From the human T2T-CHM13v2.0 reference genome, Homo sapiens: 64,000 nt of DNA. The notes beneath the pieces are model-generated. The model saw nothing but the letters and a program-made list of their open reading frames with translations. It made no database searches and was not told the origin of the DNA. Location: the NCBI RefSeq assembly GCF_009914755.1, contig NC_060928.1; one strand, written 5' to 3'. The translations under genes were made by a program, and so were the position numbers. This document shows positions 1 through 11,746 of this stretch, one piece after another (the stretch's first letter is position 1; the number at the start of each line of letters is the position of its first letter).

Positions 1-149
<149 letters not shown>

Positions 150-438
150 CCTTTCCAGCTGAGGAGAGACTACCTTTCTTAGGGACTAGCCAATTCTCAG
201 AGATAACAAGGGGCCAACCAGGAGCATGTCTTTGATATACAAACTAATCAATCCAGAGCCATACCTCCTCTATCTGGCCCTTACACACATGTAAGCAATT
301 ATTTGTCTGCCTTAATCATCCCAGGGCCAAGTGCTATGCAACTAGGGGACAACCTCTACAATTTGAAATCCATTGAAATTATTCAAACTAGCCAATCCTA
401 AGCTGTTCACCCTGCCCTGCCTCTTCTTTCCCATGGAG
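150..438 (+). mobile_element. ERVL-class LTR (MER74-like), 5' half
   Basis: ccagggcca...caactagggga...gaaattattcaaactagccaatcctaa...caccctgcc resembles the recalled MER74-group consensus; ends abruptly at cccatggag. Confidence 0.6.
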
Positions 439-444
439 GTTAAC

Positions 445-572
445 ATATACATCCCTGGCCTTGAGTGAAATGAAATGACCCAGGCCACAAGCGCATGACC
501 AGTGGGACTGGAGGGTTCCTTGGTGCATTTGTCACCAAGGCCCGAATCTGGCTCTCTTAACAGAAAGGCAAT
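445..572 (+). repeat. Diverged inverted copy of the ~110-bp segment at 3710-3818
   Basis: ccttgagtg...ccagtgggactggagggttcc...gaatctggctctcttaacagaaaggcaat aligns to the reverse complement of 3710-3818 (ccttgagcg...ccagtgggaccggagggttcc...gaatcctgctcgcttaacaggaaggcaat). Confidence 0.85.
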
Positions 573-589
573 TGACACCCATGGGCTCA

Positions 590-1007
<418 letters not shown>

Positions 1008-1024
1008 TTAAATCACCCTTTCTT

Positions 1025-1148
1025 GTGCCCCTTTTAAGGTTGACACAGTGCATTAAGCAGAAGGGTTAAGTAAGTCTCCATAAAACCCAGAGAAGAGAAT
1101 GTAAAGCTCCTCTTTGGAGGAGCTAGACTCCTGTCTGGAGTCACAGCT
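1025..1148 (+). ncRNA. SNORA26-like H/ACA snoRNA paralog, probably a pseudogene
   Basis: gtgccccttttaaggttgac...aagtaagtctccataaaacccagagaagaga...cctgtctggagtcacagct matches recalled SNORA26 (HBI-6); H box AGAGAA 1089-1094; ACA 1143-1145, 3 nt from the end; no poly(A) tail or TSD. Confidence 0.85.
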
Positions 1149-1735
1149 GAACAAATTCCTTACAGTTTAAGCACATTTGTGATATTTTTGCATATCACAT
1201 ATGATGCATTCAAACTTAACCTTAGCTTTGACAGTGCATAAAAACCAAGTGTTGGTATTTGACACTGTAAGCAGTAATGGCCCAGCAGAATAGTATAGAC
1301 TGCTTTCACCTGAGAACATCTGAAGACTGGCTGACTCTGGTCATAATGCCTCCCAGAACCAGATTTCAATGGGTACGGACATTTGAACTGTTACCTACTT
1401 AGGCCATGGAATGTCTCAAGTTACTCAAACTCACCCGCAAAGGCCTTGCGTCACTTGCGTTCCTCCTGATCTCGAAGGCAGGTGTGCACACTTAGCAGCT
1501 GGCTGTTGCTACCAATGGATTCCCAGTTGTGCTGCCTTTGCCTAACCTCTACATGCTCTCCCAGGCATAACCACAGAAACCTTCACTGAGATATTGAAAT
1601 TAGCATTAACCACCCCACACACCTGTTTTTATTTACTCAGTTTTGACAAGCCTTTCCGTGTATATTGCTGTGAAAACAATGAGATAGCTGTAGGTATTCT
1701 AGGACAACTTTCTTCCTCTCAGGTAAGTTGCATAG

Positions 1736-2115
<380 letters not shown>

Positions 2116-2408
2116 TAGTGACCTCAGCTGCCATCCTAATTGACAAAGCCATTAACCTTACAATAGGTTCTCTTATTTACCTTTGTTTCCCATTCTGTGT
2201 CAACTCTTACAGTTCCATAAAAGAGTGCCTTTCTACTTGACAGACCAACCCCTCCTCATCTTGCAACTCTGTAATGCTCTAAACCTGTACCTCTCCCTGA
2301 TGGAGAACCCCACTCCACATCACATGATTGCCTTACAGTCACAGAGTTGGCTTCTAAACCACAAGAAGACCTCTTAAGATACTCCTTGAGCCATCCACAC
2401 TTACTCTG

Positions 2409-2682
2409 GGCCGGGTGTGGTGGCTCACACCTGTAATCCCAGCACTTTGGGAGGCCGAGGTAGGGCAGATCACCTGACGTCAGGAGTTTGAGACCAGCCT
2501 GGCCAACATGGTGAAATCCCATCTCTACTAAAAAATACAAAAATTAGCCAGCGTGGTGGCTTGTGCATGTCTTCCCAGCTACTCGGGGGATCACTTGAAC
2601 CCAGGAGGTGGAGGTTGCAGTGAGCCGAGATGGCAGCCTGGGCAACAGAGCGAGGCTCTGTCTTAAACAAACAAACAAAAAC
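2409..2682 (+). mobile_element. AluS-like with small deletions, inserted in pol
   Basis: TSD acttactct at 2399-2407 and 2685-2693. Confidence 0.95.
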
Positions 2683-2855
2683 AGACTTACTCTATCCTGT
2701 GACAACTCTTATAAACAAAATTCTCAGAAAGATAATAACCAGCTATGACATAGTGAGCTTGTACACTGGTGAAAGAGAAAACGTACACTACTTACACTGA
2801 CTAGGTATACCCTGGGACTCTGCCATGTCCTTGGCAGTTTGGAAACCCCATAGAT

Positions 2856-3275
<420 letters not shown>

Positions 3276-3544
3276 TAAATTATTATTGTTCATTGCGCAA
3301 CACTTAGGAAACTGATAGAGTATCTTTATGGAATTGTAGGGCTGAGAAAGCTGCTAAATGGGCAGGCAAAAATGGACTCCCTGTCTCTCCTCCACCCAGC
3401 TTGCGACCCTCCTCTTATCTCTGACTCACGTTCATTGTCGGGCAAATGCCCCACAACCTAAAACAGACATGGCTACCAAAGGGGGCCAAGCAGTTATGCG
3501 ATGGATTAGACATGGGACCAAATGGACTTCTTTGGCCACTGTGC

Positions 3545-3715
3545 TCACAAAGGGGAGACATAGGAGAAGCTCAGGAAAAAATAAAGCGTTATACTCACAA
3601 GTCCTAAAGACAGGAACCATGCCAACCATACAGGGCCACATGGGAAAGACACCAGGATGGTCAACAGGCAGAAGATCATCGTGAGGGAAAGGTTCAGAGC
3701 ACAGCCTCTATTGCC
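3545..3715 (-). mobile_element. ERVL-class LTR (MER74-like), 3' half
   Basis: Minus strand reads caatagaggct...tgaccatcctggtgtctttcccatgtggccctgtatgg...gtgagtataa, the recalled continuation of the half at 150-438. Confidence 0.6.
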
Positions 3716-3728
3716 TTCCTGTTAAGCG

Positions 3729-3826
3729 AGCAGGATTCAGACACCAGGAACCCTCCGGTCCCACTGGCCACGTGCTCAGGGCTGGGTAATTTCCTCCCGC
3801 TCAAGGGTAGGAACATACCTGCGCTT
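3729..3826. repeat. 98-bp direct repeat, copy 1 (spans the exon 2 splice donor)
   Basis: About 10 mismatches and no gaps versus 4413-4510 by manual alignment. Confidence 0.95.
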
Positions 3827-3958
3827 AAAACTGAGGCTGCCGCACCTCCGCAGACGTAGACAACGAATTCCTGGAGCCCAAGGTCGGCCGGGGTTGGGTT
3901 CCTGTCGCCGCACGCGTGGCCCGCCCGAAACCCGCTACAAAGTAGCGGCGTGTCTGCC
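3819..3958 (-). other. ERVMER34-1: Non-coding exon 2 (140 nt), homologous to DANCR exon 2
   Basis: Acceptor tttgcgctttgcctccctag|GGCAGAC; donor GCGCAG|gtatgt; body TGTAGCGGGTTTCGGGCGGGCCACGCGTGCGG..ACAGGAACCCAACCCC matches recalled DANCR sequence. Confidence 0.75.
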
Positions 3959-4035
3959 CTAGGGAGGCAAAGCGCAAACTTGTTACCGCGCCGGGACCTG
4001 CCCCGGGATTCTCCCAGCGGCTCCGCAGGACGCAG

Positions 4036-4101
4036 CGCCTGTGCCTCGCGCGGCCCTGGGACGGGCACGGCCGTCCGCCCCCTGGGCCGCCGAGGGCTGC
4101 T
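4036..4101 (-). ncRNA. MIR4449-like hairpin paralog in intron 1
   Basis: Minus strand agcagccctcggcggcccagggggcggacggccgtgcccgtcccagggccgcgcgaggcacaggcg closely matches recalled pre-mir-4449. Confidence 0.7.
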
Positions 4102-4231
4102 TTACCCCTCCGTTCTGGCCGCGGGCAGCAGAGGAGCTCGGGGCGGGCAAAGCTCGAGGGGACACGGGGCGAGCCCAGACCCTGCCTGGGAGCCCTCCCC
4201 GCCGGAGACCAAAGGGCAGAAACGCACTCAC

Positions 4232-4314
4232 AGTGCAACTCCGAGGGATAAACTGGCCGACGATCGCCGCCAGGCCAGAAGACCAAGAAGAAGGCTCGCG
4301 GCGGGAACTGAAGT
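4232..4314 (-). other. ERVMER34-1: Non-coding exon 1 (83 nt)
   Basis: Starts at Inr ACTTC; ends GGAGTTGCACT|gtgagt, a consensus donor. Confidence 0.7.
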
Positions 4315-4330
4315 GAGCGGGGACACACGA

Positions 4331-4394
4331 GGGCTGGGAAGATCCTGGGTTGGGGCGGAGCGGGGCTGGGAAGATCCTGGGTTGGGGCGGGGCG
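4331..4394. repeat. 32-bp tandem duplication containing GC boxes
   Basis: gggctgggaagatcctgggttggggcgg(a/g)gcg twice; a diverged third unit near 4519-4548. Confidence 0.95.
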
Positions 4395-4412
4395 GGGCAC
4401 CGCAGAGCGGAC

Positions 4413-4510
4413 AGCCGGATTCAGGCACCAGGAACCCACCGGTCCCACTGGCCAGGTGCTCCGAGCTGGGTGATTTTCTCCCGCTCAAGACTAGGAACAT
4501 ACCTGCGCTT
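4413..4510. repeat. 98-bp direct repeat, copy 2, with minus-strand donor CAG|gtatgt at 4503/4502
   Basis: Aligns without gaps to 3729-3826. Confidence 0.95.
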
Positions 4511-5354
4511 TCGGCGCAGGGAAGACTCTGGGCGAGGGCGGGGCTGGGAGGAGGGCCGCGGGGCAGGCAGCCAATCCCAGGAAACTTCAGGACGAGGGCA
4601 GGACGGGGGCTGGACGGGCCCAGCCATTGGCCACCTGTGTCCACTGCCTGCCTAGGTCTGGCTTCCTAGGTCTGGCGGGTGAGACACAAGGCGAGCCTGC
4701 ACGAAGCATCCTTCGAACCTCAGGTACCCTGGGCAGGAGAATCGGCTTCTTCAGGCATCCTGCTGGGCCTTGGCCCTCGTCGATCTGGTTCTCTCAGCCC
4801 CTCGGTTTCTCCCCTGGGGAGACTTCGCGATTACCCTCTCCTCCCCTTGGCGCCTAGGCTCTCAGTCACGCGACCGCCTAGAGCCCTGAGCTGCTATTTA
4901 TGCCGCGTTTTTATTCACTTAGGTATTCAGCACGCCTTCATCAGGTGTGTACTCTGTGCCAGGCAATCTTCTAATCCTTAAATGGACGAAACAAAGGCCT
5001 CCCTTGGACTGACATTTTTAATGAAGAATAAAAACCCATAATGAAATATAAAAATATTAACGTTATAAGAGCTAAGGGAAAAAACATGTGTTACAACTTG
5101 AAAATACAAAAATAGGAAATCATCTTTCTCTGTGGACGAATGAAACCCCTGATTCTAAGAAACAAAGAAACAAAACTCATCATGACTGGTGTTCTGTACT
5201 CTTTGGAAAATACGTTTTACTGTAGAAATGACTAAATGCGATGAAAGACTCTTTACCAGAAGCAGTGGCTGGTTGGCGGCGCCTGTACGCCTGAGGAGCA
5301 CCCTTTTTGTGTCCATGTTTGATAAAGCAGAAGAGACCTAAAGAGACAAGGGGC

Positions 5355-5662
5355 GGCCGGGCGCGGTGGCTCACTCCTGTAATCCCAGCACTTTGGGAGG
5401 CCGAGGCGGGCAGATCATCTGAGATCGGGAGTTCGAGACCAGCCTGACCAACATGGAGAAACCCCGTCTATACTAAAAATACACAATTAACCGGTTATAG
5501 TGGCGCATGCCTGTAATGCCAGCTACTTGGGAGGCTGAAGCAGGAAAATCGCTTGAGGCAGAGGTTGCGGTGAACCGAGACTGCGCTATTGCACTCCAGC
5601 GGGCAACAAGAGCCAAACTCTGTCTCAAAAACAAACAAACAAACAAACAAACAAAAAAAAAA
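5355..5662 (+). mobile_element. AluSp-like
   Basis: Alu dimer with (AAAC)n tail. Confidence 0.95.
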
Positions 5663-6479
5663 CCACAAGGGCCATCGCTCTGGGGCGTGGGACATATGGT
5701 CCGCAGTTGGGATACTAACTGTTGTATGGATGGGGGAGTGGTCCTCAAACCCTGGAGCTTCTCAGTCCCTGCCTCTTTCAACCTCTAAATGGGCCCACTG
5801 CTTTTCCCTTCCCACTGTTCTGCCGGCTGGAGCACCCCCAGCACCAGCAGCGCGGCTCCCACGCCTCTGGTCTGGGCTCTGCCAGCCCCACGGGTCTAAG
5901 CTCTCCCCAGGCCATTATTTTTTGTCTCCTCTTTCTTCATTGAGGTCCTCTCTCTGTCACTTGCTCTTTTGCCTGGCTCAAGACATGGGTTTAAACACTG
6001 TTTATACTACCCCTTGCTAATGTTGACTCACTACCCCATATCTTTTTCTTTTTTCTTTTTTTTTCCAAGTAGCACTCTTTGAGATGTCCTTTTATTGATG
6101 TTTCTTTACACGTTGTTTTTACATGCATTACAGTGTGATGAACATATCCATCCACTGAAATAACATTATTCTCAACTACGCAAAAGAAAGCAATACTCTT
6201 AGAAGAATCCTTTCTGCATATGTCTTTAGACACTTTTACATTCATAACACTGGTCACCAACCCATTTCTATGTTTAAGTAACTTGACTTTTTCTCCTTCT
6301 CCCTTTCTCTACCTATTAAATTCACATTTTATTTTACCCCAAGCTACTTTTACCTAGTACAGTGTCTATGTTTTTCACTGTAAGATTGAGTAAGGCCAGA
6401 GATGAGGAGAATAGTGATTGTGAAATAAAATGAAAGATATACTCAATTCTTGGGAGCAATAGCCTTGTTGTTGGGTTAT

Positions 6480-6990
6480 GTTTATTCATTTATAAAACTA
6501 ATGAGAACCTACCATAGTCAAGCACTGTAGTAGACCTGAGAGAAAATAGTGAATAAAACCCCAAATCAAGGACCTTGCCCTTGTGGAACTTTTAGTATAG
6601 TATATGGAACAGGCATTGATACACGAATCCTGTATAAATGTAAAATTACCACTTAAGAGCTGGAGTGGTGGTGTCAGGGACCTAGCTGTCAGTTTGAGGG
6701 AAGGATGATTAAGCACAAAATTGAAGATCATTTTATAAAGCAAAAGAGTGGAGCTTGGGGTATAGGTAGAGGAAAGAGGATGTACAGTGTGTGTGCTCTA
6801 GGAAGGAGCTCACTGTATCCATGGACATGTAGAAAGGCTGCCATGACTTTCTACACAAAAAGCCAAGGGGTGAGGTGGGGTGGAGAGAGATATAGGATAA
6901 GGCATGATATAATCTGGGCTACAGAGGGGATGTGGCTGGAGATGCTGGTGACTGCCAGACCATGCTGGACTTTGTAGACCATGTTTAAAA
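6480..6990 (-). mobile_element. L2 fragment
   Basis: ttcatt..gaacctaccatagtcaagcactg..gcccttgtggaactt resembles the reverse L2 3' end. Confidence 0.55.
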
Positions 6991-7220
6991 TGTCCATAAA
7001 TGATGCTCATTAATAATGTGTTGTATAAATGCATGTCAATAAAAGTTGATGTTTGCAAGACCAGCATGTGTTCAGGCCAGCATGTTCACAGCTAATAATA
7101 GCTAACCATTATTGCACACTTATTTCATTCTTTGCACTCCTTTAACTGCTCTGTATAGATTATCTCATTTAATTTTTCCAGCTACTGTACCCAATAGGCA
7201 AGATTAAATTCCTCATTTTA

Positions 7221-7437
7221 GGCAGAGTGTGGTGGCACATACCAGTAATTTCAGTGTTTGGGAGACCGATGTAGGAGGATCACTTGAGGCCAGGAGTTCA
7301 AGACCAGCCTGAGAAAAATTAGCCTATTGTGGTGGCATGTGCCTGTAGTCTCAGCTACTCAGGACGCTGAGGTGAGAGGCAGTGAGCTATGATAGTACCA
7401 CTGCATGCCTCGGTGACAGAGCAAGATCCCATCTCTA
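7221..7437 (+). mobile_element. AluJ-like with internal deletions, inside a MIR remnant
   Basis: Degenerate Alu; flanks aaattcctcatttt / aaatcttcatttt. Confidence 0.85.
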
Positions 7438-7438
7438 A

Positions 7439-7738
<300 letters not shown>

Positions 7739-9034
7739 TCTAAAAATTTTTTAAAAAATCTTCATTTTGCCCTTGAGGATCCACATATTGCTTTTTTTTT
7801 TTTTTGAGATCTAGTCTATTCCCAGTCCAATAGTGTAGATGGTTAGTAAACATATTAGGAGTTCTGAGCACATCTAATCAGTGTAGTAGCTCGTGACTCA
7901 AATGCCACTCTAACAGTTGCACATGTGTGCACAAACACAAATTTAGAAAATTGAAATTACAGCTGCAATGGCAAGACGGTAGACACAGAATTCCATGGCA
8001 GCATGGAATTCTCAATTTCTGTAACTTTGAAGGTGCTTTTCTTTAAAAAATTGTGGGTCTTAATTTGGAATGCTTTAAAATACAGAATTATATTAAGGCA
8101 GTCATATTGGAAGATGCATGTTGACCTGCTGAACCTAAATAATACAGCTTCCTCTCCTGTAGGATTTGATGATATGGATTTTAAATAGTGCTTTTTCTTT
8201 AAAAAAAGTTCCTTAAAATGATTACATATTATCCATTATGCTTAGCATCCAATGTATTCTATGAAATCACTATATAAATTAAAGTAATAATTTATACAGT
8301 ATGGTCAGACTAATTAGCATAAGGCACTCAGTTGAAAGTAGAGCTGAAATAAATGATTGAACTCTATTAAAGAAAATTGAGTGAAGAGACAGACCAGCTT
8401 CTTCTGTAGCATGATTTTAATGAGGCTGCTGAGTTGAGTTCTGTTCTGTATCAAAAAGGGAACACAAATCTCTTGAGGTTCTATTTCTGGCTCTACCAAA
8501 GGCTTTGCTCTTATACCTAGAGCAAGATGGAACCTGTTACTTTTTTTCAATCTGCAAAATGCAGGCAATGTTTTTAGCTTTTTTCACAGGAGTAGCAGGA
8601 TTAATGAGTACCACAAATGGCTTTCCCTATTTTGTAACTGCAAATGCATTCTTGTTGCCATATTTTCATGAGAAATGAACATCTGCTGGTTTTTTCCAAT
8701 AAGGCTAAAACTTTCAAATGTGGAATATGTAGGTTATGAGCTCCACTTTAAAATTCCAGTTCCAAGTTTAAACAAAAGGAGAATAAGATAAATATTTCAA
8801 GTACTAACAAAACAGTAAAGAAGGAAGTGAAAGTGTTCTTATAAATGGAGATCTTTTTTTTTTTTTTGGAAATCTATTTATTTTCGGTAAGATTAGTAAG
8901 AGTATCTGAAATATGTTATTAAAGCTTATGTTGAACGAGGCTGGTTTGCTGGAAAAGATAATTTCAAAAGTAAATTGGTATGTCCATGGGAATTAATATG
9001 GCAAGCCTGTTGAGAAGTTTGTAATTTGTTAGTT

Positions 9035-9642
9035 TTTATTTTATTTTATTTAGAGACAGAGCCTTGCTATGTTTCCCAGGCTAGAGTGCAGTGGCTATTC
9101 ACAGGCATGATCATAGCACGCTACAGCCCTGAACTCCTGCGCTTGGATGGTGGGCATGTCTTGCCAGATAGCAGTAACTCGAGCAGACCCTGCGAATTAC
9201 CCTATGTTTCTTGGTGAATGTTTGTTCAGTGTTCTGAGGTATGGACCCCAGGAATGGCTAAATCAGATGTTTACACCATACCTGTAAGAACACCAGGACC
9301 CTGACTCGTTCCTTGGAACACAAGTCATACAAGGAAGCGAAGGCCTTTGTTTTGAGCGGAGTAGAGGCTACTAAGTAGAGGCTGCCAAACGAAAATACCT
9401 TTATAACTTACATGTTATTCACAAAATAGCAGTGGTTTTCCTGTCCAGCATGCCACTCCTGGATGCCCGGTATGTAAGCCCCCGGAATAAAACTCCATGT
9501 CTTGCCTGCTGTCTCCGGATCTTTTTTATTAGCCTCTCGGCGACTGTACCCTCCCAGCTTGCCAGCCTGGGGATCCAAAACGATGGGGCTCAAGCAATCC
9601 TCCTGTTTCAGCCTAGCTGGGACTACAGTCATGTGCCACTGT
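9035..9642 (-). mobile_element. Ancient Alu monomer (FAM/FLAM-like) split by an LTR
   Basis: gagtgcagtggctattcacagg...gaactcctgcgct | gggctcaagcaatcctcctg. Confidence 0.75.
9144..9585 (+). mobile_element. Solo LTR, ERVL-class (LTR47-like; family uncertain)
   Basis: ~440-bp insert in the Alu monomer, 5-bp TSD-like gcgct/gggct, TATA-like tttataa and AATAAA at 9486. Confidence 0.65.
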
Positions 9643-9703
9643 ATAGGGTAATACACTTTAGAATGACTCTTGATAACTCTGAGATCTATCAGTCCCCGTA
9701 CTG

Positions 9704-10231
<528 letters not shown>

Positions 10232-10712
10232 TTAAACTTCGTGATTACACAGATTTCCAGCTAGTCAACGATACTTTTATCCATCCTAGGTGACTCTTAC
10301 TGTCCTATACTACTGTAGGAGAGCTCAGTCCTTATTTCAGCAATTGGGTGAGACACACATTGTGATTGTGCTTGTTTTTGAAAGACAGAGTCCAGGTCGG
10401 AATCACAGGGAAGGAAATCAACTACTTCAAAATATTGAACTGGTTAGTGGGAAGCGCTCAACTTCTCACTCAGAAATTCCAAGTGGAGAAATTTGCAGTA
10501 GAATAATGTGCCTGGCTTGCCTCGGCTCCTTCTCTCACTCTTCCCCAGGGAAGGAGGAGCATTTTCTCTGATTGGTGAGTTTCAAGAAGTAACTGAACAG
10601 GGAATGGCAGACTCTCCCTGCCTCCAGGCCTCTGAGATTGCTGACCTGCAAGAGCTAGTGTAAATTAAAAAAAATTTTTTTTTGCATATTTTTTATGCAT
10701 ATCTATGGAAGT

Positions 10713-11016
10713 CTTTTTGTTTGTTTGTTTGTTTCCTTAAGATGAAGTCTTTCCCTGTCATCCAGGCTAGAGTGTAGTGGCACAATCGTGACTCACTGCA
10801 GCCTCGACCTCCTGGGCTCAGGAGATCCTTCCCACTTAGTCTTCCAAGTAGCTGAGACTACAGGTGTGCACCACCATGCTTGGCTACTTTTTGAATTTTT
10901 TTGTAGAGATGGGGTCTTGCTATATTCCCCAGGCATCGAACTCCTGGACTCAAGCCATCCTCCCACCTGTGCCTCCCAAAGTGCTGGGATTATGGGCGTG
11001 AGCCACTGCACCTGGG
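10713..11016 (-). mobile_element. AluJ-like
   Basis: Reverse Alu dimer with (TTTG)n tail. Confidence 0.9.
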
Positions 11017-11450
11017 TAGTGTGAATTCTGTTTTCTGCAACTGAGCCCATTCTACATACTTGGTGCTTCTGGCCAAGCTGTTATTAATGTTCATTATGTG
11101 GACTCCAGGATGGATTTTACGTAAAGAATGAAGACAACATCTATTCATAAAATTCCCCCAAATCAACTATCACCTCATTTCAGTAACTTACAGGAGAAAT
11201 TGCCCTCTTCGTATAGGCTGATATTCAGATGAAATTGGACTTAATAAATATTCTGTTTTTTTGCTTTTGCTCACATTCTTCTGTACCCTTGACGACAGTG
11301 GCTGTGGACATGCAGAATGAATGGAAAAAGTGTCATGTTTTTACATTGGACCTTTCCTACTATTATAGCACAGTAGCTAACAAATATTTGAAACTTAACA
11401 AATATTTGTTGATTGAATGAATTATTACATTCAGGGATAAACTGAAAATG

Positions 11451-11746
11451 TTTTATTTATTTATTTTTGAGACAGAGTTTTACTCTTGTTGCCCAGGCTG
11501 GAGTGCAATGGTGAGATCTTGGCTCACTGCAATCTCTGCTTCCTGGGTTCAAGCTATTCTGCTGCCTCAGGCTCCTGAGTAGCTGGGACAACAGGCATAC
11601 GCCACCACAGCTGGCTAATTTTGTATTTTTAGTAGAGACGGGGTTTCACCATGTTGGCCAGGCTGGTCTCGAACTCCTGACCTCAGGTGATCTACCCTTG
11701 GCCTCCCAAAGTATTGGGATGACAGGCATGAGCCTCTGTGCCCACC
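11451..11746 (-). mobile_element. AluS-like
   Basis: Reverse dimer; flanks aaaatgtttt / aaagtgttt. Confidence 0.95.

Larger units (their letters stand above)
3730..4910. promoter_or_regulatory. ERVMER34-1: CpG-island promoter, putative ERVMER34-1/HEMO promoter firing on the minus strand
   Basis: Very CpG-dense in an otherwise CpG-depleted window; GC boxes 4352-4397 and 4537-4543; CCAAT at 4571 and ATTGG at 4626; Inr tc|ACTTC on the minus strand at 4314, matching the HEMO start site as I recall it. Confidence 0.8.

Noticed and set aside
3694-4981. Long overlapping ORFs of up to 239 aa in the CpG island
   Set aside because: Mostly non-ATG starts, Pro/Gly/Arg-rich, open in many frames on both strands; expected from stop-codon scarcity in GC-rich DNA.
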